A stretch of 64,000 bases of DNA from Terriglobia bacterium (lineage in GTDB: Bacteria; Acidobacteriota; Polarisedimenticolia; Polarisedimenticolales; JAIQFR01): the NCBI GenBank assembly GCA_963748015.1, contig CAVVHE010000008.1, positions 352,001-416,000 of the forward strand, read 5' to 3'. The position numbers were made by a program, and so were the translations under genes. Positions 47,697-58,978 of the stretch are shown here, in pieces (the first letter of the stretch is position 1; each line of letters opens with the position of its first letter). Under the pieces are notes generated by a model, which was not told the DNA's origin, searched no databases, and worked only from the letters and a program-made list of their open reading frames with translations.

Positions 47697-48356
47697 CTAG
47701 CGGCCGGATCGTGCCGCCGGCTCCGCCGGATTGCCGCTCCGCCTCCAGATCTCGTAGGAGAGGTCGGCGGCGAGGCCGGCGTTGTTCTGCGTGACCGCGT
47801 CGAGGATCGCGCCGGAGGTCCTCGGCTTCCAACCCATCAGGAGATCGATCACCACTTCCTTGTCCCGGGCGGCCAGCGCGACGAGCGCCTTCGCGGCCGA
47901 CTCGGGCTCCATGCTCTCGTAGGCGCGCTGGAGCCGCACGAACGCCTGGTTCTTCGCCGCCCCCGTCGCGGCCTTGGGCTCGGACGCGATCGGCGGGGCG
48001 GCGTCGGCGCCGACGGTCCCCGGAATCGCGGCTGCGGTCTCGTCCCCGGCGGCGGGCAGGACCGGCGAATCGGGCAGCATGGGGCCCGGCGTGGCGGCGG
48101 CTGCGATCTGCTCCTCGGCCGGCGGCGGCTCCGGGACCTTCGACTCGGCCCGCGGCTGGACCGGCAAGGGCGCGGGAGTCGTCGCCGCGCTCGCTTGCGC
48201 CGCCGGCGAGGCCGGCTCGGCCTTCGCGGAGGGCGGCATCACGGCGGTCGCCGCCGACGTCCCGAGCAGAGCGCTCCCCAGGACCAGCAGGGCGACGACG
48301 GCATCGGCCGCCAGGACCAGGACGACGAACCAACGAACCGCGCTTCGCATCCTCAC
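47697..48356 (-). CDS. MotE/FlbB-like (MgtE N-terminal-like) membrane-anchored flagellar protein
   Basis: TM helix, Pro/Ala linker, then AYESMEPESAAK..L..WKPRTSGAIL; located between fliJ and fliK. Confidence 0.75.
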   Translation of the reverse strand: MRMRSAVRWFVVLVLAADAVVALLVLGSALLGTSAATAVMPPSAKAEPASPAAQASAATTPAPLPVQPRAESKVPEPPPAEEQIAAAATPGPMLPDSPVLPAAGDETAAAIPGTVGADAAPPIASEPKAATGAAKNQAFVRLQRAYESMEPESAAKALVALAARDKEVVIDLLMGWKPRTSGAILDAVTQNNAGLAADLSYEIWRRSGNPAEPAARSGR

Positions 48357-48808
48357 GCCTCCTCGTCCGCCTGCCCGCGGCCGGTCCGCAGGAGATGGAC
48401 CTCGTCAAGGAACTTCTGCTCCGCCCTCGTCGCCTCCTCGAACCAACTCTGCCGCCTCCGCGCATGCAGCCGCTCGAGGACGCGATGCGCCCGCGCGGCG
48501 GAGGCGTGGGCGCGCTCGGCCTCGCGGGCCAGGTCGAAGGCGGCCAATTCACGCCGGGCCGCCTCGAGCGCCATGCGGCGCCGGTCCTCGCGCCAGGCCG
48601 CGAAGGCCCGGAGCGAAGCCGGATCCGAGGCGAGCTCCTCCGGGACGCCCGCGGCGACGGCGTTCTCGTAAACGCGCTCCAGCCCCTCGCGCTCGGACTG
48701 GCGCTCGAATGCCTCCGCGATCGCGATGGCGAGCGCGGCGTGCGCCTCGCGCCTCTCGGCCGAGCGGAGCCGCTCGACCCGCTCCAGACGGAACGCGAAC
48801 TTCCTCAT
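48353..48808 (-). CDS. fliJ: Flagellar export protein FliJ
   Basis: FAFRLERVERLR..E and EQKFLDE motifs; follows fliI. Confidence 0.88.
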   Translation of the reverse strand: MRKFAFRLERVERLRSAERREAHAALAIAIAEAFERQSEREGLERVYENAVAAGVPEELASDPASLRAFAAWREDRRRMALEAARRELAAFDLAREAERAHASAARAHRVLERLHARRRQSWFEEATRAEQKFLDEVHLLRTGRGQADEEA

Positions 48809-50145
48809 GCGGCGGCCTCGCGGCCGGCCTCGACCGCGCGCGTGAGCCGGGCGACCGTCTCGGCGAGGTCGGACCCGTCCTCCTTGCGCTGGACCAGGAG
48901 CGCGCGGATCTCGTCCCGCGACCGCAGGGCGGCGTCCACCTCGGCGCTCGCCCCCTTCTTGTAAGCGCCCAGGAGCACCAGGTCCTCGGCGTCTTTGAGC
49001 GCCGCGAGCCGGGCGCGCAGGTCGCGCGCCATCGCCATGTGCTCCCCCGTGGCGACGTGCGGCATGAGCCTGCTGAGGCTCGCCAGGATGTCCACCGCGG
49101 GGTAGTGCCCGCGTCCCGCGAGCTCGCGCGTGAGGATGATGTGGCCGTCGAGCAGGCTGCGCGCCGCGTCGGCCACCGGGTCGTTCAGGTCGTCCCCCTC
49201 GACGTACACCGAGTACAGGCCGGTGATGCTCCCGCCTTCCCGCAGCGCCCCCGCCCTCTCCAGCATCCTCGGAAGGAGGCTGAAAACCGACGGCGGGTAC
49301 CCCTTGGTGGAGGGCGGCTCGCCCATGGAGAGGCCGACCTCGCGCTGCGCCATCGCGACGCGCGTGACCGAGTCCATCACGAGCACGACGTGATGGCCGC
49401 GATCGCGGAAGTACTCGGCCGCGGCCGTCGCCGCCAGCGCCGCGCGGATGCGCCGCATCGGCGGCTCGTCGGACGTCGCGACGAAGGCCACGGCGTGCTT
49501 CAGCCCTTCGGGGCCGAGATCCTCCTCGATGAAGTCCCTGACCTCGCGGCCGCGCTCGCCGACCAGCGCGATGACCGCGACGTCGGCGCGGGCGTGGCGC
49601 GCGATCATCCCGAGCAGCACGCTCTTTCCGACGCCGCTGCCCGCGAAGATCCCCAGGCGCTGGCCGCGCCCGAGCGTCGCGAAGGCGTCGATCGAGCGGA
49701 CCCCCGTGACGAACGGCTCGTGGATCCGCTCGCGCTCCATGGCGGGAGGCGCCGCGGTCTCGAGCGGGTAGAGCGCCTCGGGGGCCGCGAGCGGACGCCC
49801 GTCGAGCGGGCGCCCGTCGGCGTCGAGAACGCGGCCGAGCAGGTGCTCGCCCACGCCCACCGTCGGCCGGCGGCCGAGCGCGACGACTCGCGCTCCGACG
49901 GCCAGGCCGTGCAGCCGGTCCACCGGCATGGTGAACACGCGATTGCCCGAGAAACCCACCACCTGGGCCCGAGACAGCGGCGCGCCGTCGCCGCCGAGGA
50001 GCAGGCACTCCTCGCCGACGGCGCACGCGGGCCCCTGCGACTCCACGGCGAGCCCGACGACGCGAAGCACCACGCCTTCCGAGCGGATCGCCTGCGCGCG
50101 GCGGATCCGCCCCGGCGCACCGCGCAGGTCCACCGCGGCGGCCAT
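48805..50145 (-). CDS. fliI: Flagellar export ATPase FliI
   Basis: AGSGVGKS, GERGREV, MDSVTR and GYPPSVF motifs. Confidence 0.96.
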   Translation of the reverse strand: MAAAVDLRGAPGRIRRAQAIRSEGVVLRVVGLAVESQGPACAVGEECLLLGGDGAPLSRAQVVGFSGNRVFTMPVDRLHGLAVGARVVALGRRPTVGVGEHLLGRVLDADGRPLDGRPLAAPEALYPLETAAPPAMERERIHEPFVTGVRSIDAFATLGRGQRLGIFAGSGVGKSVLLGMIARHARADVAVIALVGERGREVRDFIEEDLGPEGLKHAVAFVATSDEPPMRRIRAALAATAAAEYFRDRGHHVVLVMDSVTRVAMAQREVGLSMGEPPSTKGYPPSVFSLLPRMLERAGALREGGSITGLYSVYVEGDDLNDPVADAARSLLDGHIILTRELAGRGHYPAVDILASLSRLMPHVATGEHMAMARDLRARLAALKDAEDLVLLGAYKKGASAEVDAALRSRDEIRALLVQRKEDGSDLAETVARLTRAVEAGREAAA

Positions 50146-50741
50146 CAGCTCCGCTCCGCCGTGCCGAGCGCCGAGGAGCGCACCGCGTCGGCCGCGGTCT
50201 CGATCGTGGCGTCCACCGTGCCGACCGAGCTCTCCACCACGCAGCCGCCGGGAGATACGGTGTCGTCGCCGACGAGCTCGATCCGCCCGCGCTCCATCTC
50301 GGCGGCCAGCTCGCGCGCCAGGACGGGAAGCTCTCCCGGGTTGACGCGCACCTTCGCGCCGGCGGCCGCCGGGAGCGCGTCCGTCGCCTCGCGGACGGCC
50401 CGGACGACGATCGGGTCGGAGGCCAGGAGCCGCGCGCGGACGATCTTGGATGCGGCCTCGAGGGCGATCTCGAGGAGCAGCGATTCGTGCTGGCGCGTCA
50501 GCGAGTCCTCGAGGTCGGCCAGGCGCTTCAGCGACGCCGCTGCCTCGATGCCGAAGCCGAGCCTCTCGGCCAGGCCCTCGGCGAGCGCTTCGCGATACCC
50601 TTCGGCCCGCCCTTCCTCGCGCGCGCGGGCGGCCGCGGCCTCGACGGGATCCACCGGAAGCGCCGGGGGGATCTCCGTGAACGGGCGCGCCGCGTGCTCG
50701 GCGCGCGCGAGGATCCGCGGCGGCCGCGCGCGATCAGGCAT
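50145..50741 (-). CDS. fliH: Flagellar assembly protein FliH
   Basis: AREEGRAEGYRE repeats; VRVNP and GGCVVES..GTVDA motifs. Confidence 0.9.
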   Translation of the reverse strand: MPDRARPPRILARAEHAARPFTEIPPALPVDPVEAAAARAREEGRAEGYREALAEGLAERLGFGIEAAASLKRLADLEDSLTRQHESLLLEIALEAASKIVRARLLASDPIVVRAVREATDALPAAAGAKVRVNPGELPVLARELAAEMERGRIELVGDDTVSPGGCVVESSVGTVDATIETAADAVRSSALGTAERS

Positions 50742-51756
50742 TACCGTCCCCGCCGTCGGGCTCCGCGAAGGAAAGGCGTCCCTCGTCCTCGAGCTTGAGC
50801 GCCGCGGCGACGATCTCGTTCTGCGCCGCGCGCTTCTCGTCCGGCCGGACGGTCGAGAGGAAATCGATCTCGTCCTTGAGGATGCCGGCCGCGCGCTCCG
50901 AGAGGTTCTTCGTGATCTTCTGCAGCATCTCGTCCGTCTCGCCGTGCAGCGCCAGCGAGAGGGACTTGGTCTCCACCTGCCGGAGCAGCTCCTGGATCCC
51001 TCGGTCGTCGGCCGCGAGCAGGCTCTCGAAGGTGAACACTCGGTCCTTGAGAGCCGCCGCGCGCTCCGGGTCCTGCAGCTCGAGCGCCTCGAGCAGGCGG
51101 CGGGTCGCGCCGCGGCCGAGGCTCGAAAGCACCGACGCCGTCCGCTCGATGCCGTCGGCCTCGCCGGCCTCGCTCTCCTCCGGTGCCGCGTTGTCGAGCC
51201 GCTCCTTCAGCGAGGTGGCCACCTCGCCCAGCAGGTCGCCCCGCACCCGCCGCATGGTCGCCATGCGGAGCACCGTCTCGGAGCGGACGGACTCGGGCAG
51301 CGCCGCCAGCGTGCGGGCCGCGCGAGCCGGGGGGAGGTTCAGGAGGATGAGCGCCGACGTCTGGGGGTGCTCCTCCGCGAGGGCCCGCGCCAGGACGGCG
51401 GGCTCGGCCTCGAGCACGGGCTCGAGCGCCTTCGACGCCCGCTCCGCCGGGCGGCCGAGCATCCCATCGAGCCGCTCCGGGGAAGCCTCTACGCGGGAGA
51501 GGATGCGCCGCGCGAGGTCGGGCCCTCCCTGCTCCTGCTCCGGACGGGTCGCGTCCACGAAGTACTCCTGCAGGACCTTCGTCGCGACGACCGGCTCGAT
51601 GGTCCCGAGCCCCGCGATCTCCCGCCCGACCTTCGAGACCTGGTCGGGAGTGAGGTGCTTGAGGAGCTTCGCGGCCGTGTCCTCGCCGAGGAGCACGAAC
51701 AGGATGGCGGCCTTCCGCGGGCCGGCCAGATCGGCGGCGGGCGACGTCTCGATCAT
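50734..51756 (-). CDS. fliG: Motor switch protein FliG
   Basis: KAAILFVLLG, EHPQ, FTFE and SERAAGILKDE motifs. Confidence 0.95.
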   Translation of the reverse strand: MIETSPAADLAGPRKAAILFVLLGEDTAAKLLKHLTPDQVSKVGREIAGLGTIEPVVATKVLQEYFVDATRPEQEQGGPDLARRILSRVEASPERLDGMLGRPAERASKALEPVLEAEPAVLARALAEEHPQTSALILLNLPPARAARTLAALPESVRSETVLRMATMRRVRGDLLGEVATSLKERLDNAAPEESEAGEADGIERTASVLSSLGRGATRRLLEALELQDPERAAALKDRVFTFESLLAADDRGIQELLRQVETKSLSLALHGETDEMLQKITKNLSERAAGILKDEIDFLSTVRPDEKRAAQNEIVAAALKLEDEGRLSFAEPDGGDGNA

Positions 51757-51759
51757 GGA

Positions 51760-53355
51760 TCACTCTCCCTTGCGGCCGGCGAGCCAGCCCCGTACGACGA
51801 AGGCCGCGGCCTCGGGATGCTGGCCGGCGGCCTCGATCAGCTTGCGCCGGAGCTCTCCCGACGCCGCAGCCGCGGCGGGAAGCGCTCCCGACGCGAGGCT
51901 CGCCTGCAGCTCCGCGATCGTCGGCGGGGCCGTGCCGGCCCCCACCGTGGGCGCCCCCACGGCGCGCAGCGCCGCGATCGCCGGCCGGACCGCGAGCAGC
52001 ACGACGAGGAGCACCGCGATCGGCAGGGCGGCGTAGCGGGCGACCTGGAGCCAGAACCCCCAGCGGTCGCCTCCCTCCGTCTTCAGGTCGGCCGCGGGAC
52101 CGGCGGTGCCGTCGAAGGCGATGTTCTCGACGATGAGCACGTCGCCCCGGGTCTCGTTGATTCCGGCGGCGGCGCGGACGAGGTCGGTGATCTTCTTCAT
52201 CTCGCCTTCGGTCCTCGGCACGGACTTGCGCTCCGTCTTCCCGTCCGCACCCGGCGTCTCCGCAACGGCGTTGTCCACGACCACCGCGACCGACTGGCGC
52301 GAGAGCTTGCCGACCGGCTCGGCGATCGTCGCGACGGTCTTGTTGATCTCGAAGTTCGTGGTGCTCGACTGCGACTCGTCCGCTCCCGACATCCCCGCGG
52401 CTGCGACCGGAGTGCCCGTGGGCAGGTTGGAAGCCGTTCCCGGGATGCCGCCTCCCGCCCCGGACTGGCGCCGCGTCTTGGATTTCTGCTCGCTGCGGAC
52501 CACCGCCACGTCGGGGTCGTACGTCTCCTCGACCCGCTGCACCCTTGCCATGTCCAGCTCGACGGTGGCGCGGGCGCGGACGCGCCCCCCCCCGACGACC
52601 GGCTCGAGGATGGACACGAGCGTGGTCTCGAGCCCCAGCTCGAGCGAGCGCTTCGACTCGATCTGGGAGGCCGACAGCGCCTCGGCCGACTCGGCGCCCC
52701 CGCCCTCGGAGAGCATCCTCCCGTCGCCGTCGATCACGCTGACGCGGGCGGGATCGAGCCCGTCGACGCCGCTCGCCACGAGGTGCGAGATCGCGCGAAC
52801 CTGGTTGTTCGAGAGCGCCCGCCTTGCTCTGAGCCGCACGACCACCGACGCGCTCGCCTCCTTGCGCTCGTCCGCGAACACCGAGGCCGGCGGGAGCGCG
52901 AGGTGAACGCGCGCGGACTCCACGACGTCGAGCCCCTGGATCGTGCGGGCCAGCTCGCGCTCGAGGGCGCGGCGGTAGTTGACGTTCTGCACGAAGTCCG
53001 AGAGGCCGAACGACGGCTTGTCGAAGATCTCGAAGCCGACGCCGCCGCCCCGCGGCAGCCCCTCGCCGGCCAGCTCGAGGCGCACCTCGTCGACCTTCTC
53101 GGCCGGGACCTCGACCACCGTGCCGCTCGCGCCGAGCCGGTAGGGGATCTGCTTGTCCTTGAGCGCCGCGATCACCGGGCCGGCGTCGTCGCCCCGGAGG
53201 TTGCTGAACAGCACGCCGTAGCGGATCCGCGAGGCGTAAACGCTCAGCCCCCAGACGACGCCGACCAGGGCGACCACACCCAGGCCGAGCTGGATCCTCT
53301 GCCGCGGCGCGAGCCGCGCGAGCGCGTTGCGGAAGCCGTCCATCATGCCTGCCAT
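51760..53355 (-). CDS. fliF: MS-ring protein FliF
   Basis: Two TM helices; GFEIFD, RALERELARTI, ARVHLA and ASASV motifs. Confidence 0.96.
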   Translation of the reverse strand: MAGMMDGFRNALARLAPRQRIQLGLGVVALVGVVWGLSVYASRIRYGVLFSNLRGDDAGPVIAALKDKQIPYRLGASGTVVEVPAEKVDEVRLELAGEGLPRGGGVGFEIFDKPSFGLSDFVQNVNYRRALERELARTIQGLDVVESARVHLALPPASVFADERKEASASVVVRLRARRALSNNQVRAISHLVASGVDGLDPARVSVIDGDGRMLSEGGGAESAEALSASQIESKRSLELGLETTLVSILEPVVGGGRVRARATVELDMARVQRVEETYDPDVAVVRSEQKSKTRRQSGAGGGIPGTASNLPTGTPVAAAGMSGADESQSSTTNFEINKTVATIAEPVGKLSRQSVAVVVDNAVAETPGADGKTERKSVPRTEGEMKKITDLVRAAAGINETRGDVLIVENIAFDGTAGPAADLKTEGGDRWGFWLQVARYAALPIAVLLVVLLAVRPAIAALRAVGAPTVGAGTAPPTIAELQASLASGALPAAAAASGELRRKLIEAAGQHPEAAAFVVRGWLAGRKGE

Positions 53356-53392
53356 CGCATCACCCCGTCGTCAGGGCCGTCCCGGTGAACCG

Positions 53393-53713
53393 TCAGGCGC
53401 CCATCCGCATGATCTCGCGATAGGCGTCCACCAGCTTGTTGCGCACTTCCATCATGGTCTTGAAGGAGACCTCGGCCTCCTCGATCTTGATCAGCACGTC
53501 GTGGAGGTCCACGTCCTCGCCTCGCGCGAACGAGGCCTGCGCGACCTCGCTCTCCTGCTGCAGGCGGTCCACGGAGCGGATCGCGTCCTTGAGGGTGTCG
53601 CCGAAGGACGGCGAGCCGTCCGCGGCCTTCCCGGCGGAGGCGGGCCGCTCGGCGCCCGCGGGGCCCGTGATCGGTCCGATCTTGGGAATCATCGAGAGCG
53701 GGTCCATGGTCAC
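53393..53713 (-). CDS. fliE: Hook-basal body protein FliE
   Basis: DLHDV and EVRNKLVDAYREIMRM motifs. Confidence 0.95.
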   Translation of the reverse strand: MTMDPLSMIPKIGPITGPAGAERPASAGKAADGSPSFGDTLKDAIRSVDRLQQESEVAQASFARGEDVDLHDVLIKIEEAEVSFKTMMEVRNKLVDAYREIMRMGA

Positions 53714-54135
53714 CTCAGGATGCCGAGAGCGGAGCGGAGCATCTCGCGGATGCTGCGCACCGTGGTCACGTTGGCCTCGTAGGACCGGGTGGCGGAGAGC
53801 ATGTCGACCATCTCCTGGAGCGGCTCCACGTTCGGGTACGAGACGAAGCCGGCCTCGTCCGCGTCGGGGTGGCCCGGCTCGAATTTCTTCACCGGCGGTG
53901 CGGGGTCCTCGACGATCCTCTCGACGCGGACCGACTTGAGCGCGACCCCGAGCTCGTCCCCGAAGTTCGAGGAGACCGGGTCCGCAGTGAACACCGGCTC
54001 CTTCCTCTTGTACGGGCCGCCTTCGGCGGTGCGGGTCGTGCGCGCGTTCGCGAGGTTCGACGCGACGATCTCCATGCGCGCGCGCTGGGCCGACAGCCCG
54101 GCGGCGCAGATTCCGAGGGCGCGGTTGAGGCTCAT
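53710..54135 (-). CDS. flgC: Rod protein FlgC
   Basis: GLSAQRARM..ASNLANA, GGPYKRK, PGHPDAD and RSYEAN motifs. Confidence 0.96.
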   Translation of the reverse strand: MSLNRALGICAAGLSAQRARMEIVASNLANARTTRTAEGGPYKRKEPVFTADPVSSNFGDELGVALKSVRVERIVEDPAPPVKKFEPGHPDADEAGFVSYPNVEPLQEMVDMLSATRSYEANVTTVRSIREMLRSALGILR

Positions 54136-54536
54136 GATCCCGTCCTCCCGTCCGTGGCGGAGTAGATGAGCAGGGCGAAGCGCTTGCGGACCATCTCGGC
54201 CGCGCCCTGGTACCTTCCCTGCATCGCGGCGAGCAGCATCATTTCCCGGTCCACGTCCACCGAGTTGCCGTCGTTGCGGACCCGGTCCGCGGCGACCTCG
54301 ACCACGGTGCCCATGTCCGCGGGGGAGGGGCCGATCGGAAGATGCCGCGGGTCGGTCCGCTCCACGTCGAGCGTGCCGGCGAGCTCGAGCGCTTCCTGGA
54401 ACTGCACGTCGAGCGCCCGGTAGGCCGGCGTGTCGAGATTCGCGAGGTTCGAGGTGATCAGGGCGGAGCGCTTCGCGGCCCGGTCGAGGGTCGTGCGCAG
54501 CAGCGCCACGGTCGAGTCGTGCACGGGTTCCGTCAT
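54132..54536 (-). CDS. flgB: Rod protein FlgB
   Basis: NLANLDTPAY and DGNSVDVDREM motifs. Confidence 0.95.
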   Translation of the reverse strand: MTEPVHDSTVALLRTTLDRAAKRSALITSNLANLDTPAYRALDVQFQEALELAGTLDVERTDPRHLPIGPSPADMGTVVEVAADRVRNDGNSVDVDREMMLLAAMQGRYQGAAEMVRKRFALLIYSATDGRTGS

Positions 54537-54574
54537 CGTTCGTCTCCCTGCCGCCCCGCTGCCCTCTCGGGACG

Positions 54575-54590
54575 CGCAAGTTCCGTGCCC
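54575..54590 (-). promoter_or_regulatory. sigma54 promoter of the flgBC-fliEFGHIJ operon
   Basis: GGGCAC-GGAAC-TTGCG. Confidence 0.75.
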
Positions 54591-54699
54591 CGGAAGCAGA
54601 GGCGCGCCGCCGCGCCGTTCCCGCGCCGCCCGGCAAGAACCTGCCGCGCCGCGGCCATCGGCTGCCGCCCCTTCGCACCGGCGCGGGGGAAAGGGGCGG

Positions 54700-56025
54700 T
54701 CACGGCGCCACCCCGGTCAGCGGCGTGCCCGCGTCGCGGTATTGCTTGAGCTTGTGCCGGAGCGTGCGAGGGGAGATCCCGAGCGCCGCCGCGGCCTCGG
54801 CACGGTTCCCGCGGGTCTCGGCGAGGATCCTGCGGATCGTCTCGCGCTCGGCGTCCTCGAGCGAGCGGCCGGCCAGCGGAGCGGCGTCCTTGGGTCGCAG
54901 CGCGGGCTCGAGGTCGAGGTGCGCGGCGTCGATCGGGCCGCTCCCGGCGAGGATCGCGGCCCGCTGGAGAGCGTTCTGCAGCTCTCGCACGTTTCCCGGC
55001 CAGGTGTGCTCGGCGAGGCGCCTGAGCGCGGCGCGTGTGAGCGTCGCCGTCGGGCCGCCGTAGATCCTCGCGAAGCGCGACGCGAGCGGCTCGACGTCTC
55101 CCGGACGCTCGCGGAGCGGCGGGATCCGGAGCGGCATCACGCGCAGCCGGTAGTAGAGGTCTTCCCTGAAGCGGCCCGCGGCGACCTCCTCCCGGAGGTT
55201 CTTGTTCGTCGCCGCCACCACGCGCACGTCCACGCGGAGCTGGGTCTCGGAGCCGACGGCCTGGATCACCTGGTCCTGCAGGACGCGGAGGAGCCGCGAC
55301 TGGAGGTCGGGGCTCATCTCGCCGATCTCGTCCAGGAGGAGCGTGCCGCCGTCGGCCAGCTCGAAGTGTCCCCTGCGGTCCCTGAGGGCGCCGGTGAACG
55401 CCCCCTTGCAGTGGCCGAACAGCTCGGCCTCGAGCAGCTCGCGCGGAAGGGCGGCGCAGTTGACCGCGACGAACGGACCGGCGGCGCGAGGGCTCTCCCG
55501 GTGGATCAGCCTCGCGAAGACCTCCTTGCCCGCTCCCGACTCGGCCTCCAGGAGGACGGTCACGTCCGATCGGGCGGCGCGTAGCGCCAGCTCCACCGTG
55601 CGGAGCGTCGCCGGGTCCTCGGCCACGAGGTCGGCCGCGTCGGCCGGCGCCTGGCGGCGCGAGCCGCGCGCGAGGGCCGCCTCGACCGTGCGGGTCAGCG
55701 CCTCGGGGGAGAACGGCTTCGTGAGGTAGTCCACGGCGCCGTCGCGGACGCAGGAGACGGCGGACTCGACCGTGGCGAATGCGGTCACGACCACGACGCG
55801 GGAAGAGGGAGAGAGGGCCCTCACGCGCTGGACCAGCTCGTGGCCGCTCATGCCTGGCATGCGGAGGTCGGTGACGACGACGCCGTAGGGCGCGCGCGCG
55901 AGGGCGCGCAGCGCGTCCTCGCCTCCGGACACGCGGTCCACCGCGTGCCCCTCGCGGCTCAGCACCCGCTCCATCGCGAGCGCCATCTGGGGCTCGTCGT
56001 CCACCACGAGGATCCGCTCAGACAT
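54700..56025 (-). CDS. sigma54-dependent response regulator, FleR/FlrC-like
   Basis: Intact receiver (VVDD, TDLRMP); ESGAGKE, GAFTGA and Fis-type HTH. Confidence 0.92.
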   Translation of the reverse strand: MSERILVVDDEPQMALAMERVLSREGHAVDRVSGGEDALRALARAPYGVVVTDLRMPGMSGHELVQRVRALSPSSRVVVVTAFATVESAVSCVRDGAVDYLTKPFSPEALTRTVEAALARGSRRQAPADAADLVAEDPATLRTVELALRAARSDVTVLLEAESGAGKEVFARLIHRESPRAAGPFVAVNCAALPRELLEAELFGHCKGAFTGALRDRRGHFELADGGTLLLDEIGEMSPDLQSRLLRVLQDQVIQAVGSETQLRVDVRVVAATNKNLREEVAAGRFREDLYYRLRVMPLRIPPLRERPGDVEPLASRFARIYGGPTATLTRAALRRLAEHTWPGNVRELQNALQRAAILAGSGPIDAAHLDLEPALRPKDAAPLAGRSLEDAERETIRRILAETRGNRAEAAAALGISPRTLRHKLKQYRDAGTPLTGVAP

Positions 56026-57238
56026 GGGTTCCCTCCGCCGCTCGAGGGCGGCCCGCCGCGGGGATCTCGACGCGGGCCAGGGTCCCTCGGCCCGGTGCGC
56101 TGTCGAGCGCGATCCGCCCGCCGTGGCGCTCCACGATCCCGTGAACTATCGACAGGCCGAGGCCCGTGCCCCCCTCCGTCCGCGTGAAGAACGGATCGAA
56201 GACGCGGGGGAGATCCTCGGGCGCGATCCCGCGGCCGCTGTCCTCGACGAGGAGCACCGCGTGGCCTCTCTCGTGGCGCGCCGCCACGACGATGGAGCCT
56301 CCCGGCTCGGTCGCGGCGAGCGCGTTGCCGAGAAGATTGAGCAGTACCTGGCGCATCCCCTCGGGGTCGGCCTCGACCGCGCAGCGGGCCTCGGGAACGG
56401 GTCCCGCGAGCCGCACGCCGCGCAGGGCGCAGGCCGGCGCCAGGAGAGAGCACGCGTCGGACGCGAGCAGGGCGAGGTCGGTCGGTCGCGCCTTCCCGCT
56501 GCTGGGCGAGGCAAACGCGAGGAGGTTCGAGACCGTCGTTTCGAGCCCCGCCGTGGCGGCCACGATCTGGTCTGCCATGTCGCGGAGGGGCTCGTGACCC
56601 TCGAGGTCGTCGCGAAGCATGCCCGCGAACAGGCGGATGCTGCCGAGGGGATTGCGCACCTCGTGGGCGATCTCCGCGGCCATCCTCCCGAGCGCTTCGA
56701 GGTGCCGCCGACGCGCCTCCTCTTCTTCCTCGATCCGGATCTCCGTGATGTCCTGGACCGTCACGACGAGCGACGTGTCGGCCTCGCCGGACGGCAGGAC
56801 CGTGACGGCGAGATCCCGCGGTCCCGAGGGGGAGTCGCGGCGGAGCCGGGCCGCTCCACCGGCCGTGGACGACGCGCCGAGCCACTTCAGGTCGTCGTCG
56901 GCGAGCCGCTCGCCCGTCGTCCCGAGCCCCATCCGCTCGAAGGCCCGGTTGGTGCGGAGCAGCGCGCCGTCCGACGCGACGACGGCCACGCCCCCGTCCA
57001 TGGCGTCGAGAACCGTCTCCAGGCGGCGGTGCGCTGCGAGCAACTGCCGCTCGAGACGCTCCGCCCTCGCGCGAAGGTCGGCGTGGCGCTCCTCGAGGCT
57101 CGCCGCCGCGTGCTCGAAACGGTGGAACGCTTGAACGAGAACGTCCGTGGGAAGCCCGGCCGGGATGGCCAAGGGGGGAGTGGGTCCGGCACTCCCGGCC
57201 GGGCGCAGATCGGGTTCGAGGCAAGGGCGTTCTCTCAT
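56018..57238 (-). CDS. Cytoplasmic PAS histidine kinase, FleS/FlrB-like
   Basis: H-box AHEVRNPL and N, G1, F, G2 boxes; no TM segment. Confidence 0.9.
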   Translation of the reverse strand: MRERPCLEPDLRPAGSAGPTPPLAIPAGLPTDVLVQAFHRFEHAAASLEERHADLRARAERLERQLLAAHRRLETVLDAMDGGVAVVASDGALLRTNRAFERMGLGTTGERLADDDLKWLGASSTAGGAARLRRDSPSGPRDLAVTVLPSGEADTSLVVTVQDITEIRIEEEEEARRRHLEALGRMAAEIAHEVRNPLGSIRLFAGMLRDDLEGHEPLRDMADQIVAATAGLETTVSNLLAFASPSSGKARPTDLALLASDACSLLAPACALRGVRLAGPVPEARCAVEADPEGMRQVLLNLLGNALAATEPGGSIVVAARHERGHAVLLVEDSGRGIAPEDLPRVFDPFFTRTEGGTGLGLSIVHGIVERHGGRIALDSAPGRGTLARVEIPAAGRPRAAEGTHV

Positions 57239-57252
57239 CGTCGGGGGGTGAT

Positions 57253-57268
57253 AGCAAGGGACGTTCCC
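57253..57268 (-). promoter_or_regulatory. Putative sigma54 promoter of the kinase-regulator pair
   Basis: GGGAAC-GTCCC-TTGCT. Confidence 0.55.
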
Positions 57269-57445
57269 GACGGGCCATGCATGGCAAGATCCGTGTTTGC
57301 AATAACATGGATCTGGTCGTTCCGGGCCGAGCCGCGGGGAGCGACGGTCCGCCGACGGCGTCCGACTCGGGAGGTGTCGGGAAGACGGACGCCGGGGCGA
57401 CCCGCATTGGGCCCAATCATAAATATTCGATAAATAGAAAATGCA

Positions 57446-57473
57446 TTGACAAAATTAGTCAGCGTCATATTTT
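57446..57473 (+). promoter_or_regulatory. sigma70-type promoter of the FleQ-like gene with AT-rich upstream element
   Basis: TTGACA-N16-TATTTT within an AT-rich island (57415-57475). Confidence 0.65.
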
Positions 57474-57559
57474 AACGTCTCCGGCGGCACGCAACTCAAC
57501 TATTGAGGCGGATGCCACGACGCGAGCCCGAACGGGACCTGTCGAGGGGGGGAGACGCG

Positions 57560-58978
<1,419 letters not shown>

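Noticed and set aside
36366..53355. Injectisome-type T3SS interpretation of the export genes
   Set aside because: Rod, ring, hook, flagellin and stator genes are present and there is no secretin or needle gene; the system is flagellar.
47974..53388. 1804-aa plus-strand ORF and other very long ORFs (36381-39704, 17662-20769, 790-3396)
   Set aside because: Antisense or off-frame shadows of clear genes; stop codons are scarce at this GC content and the translations are Arg/Pro/Ala-rich with no recognisable domains.
57485..57500. CGGCAC as a sigma54 -24 box before the FleQ-like gene
   Set aside because: No TGC at the -12 position.
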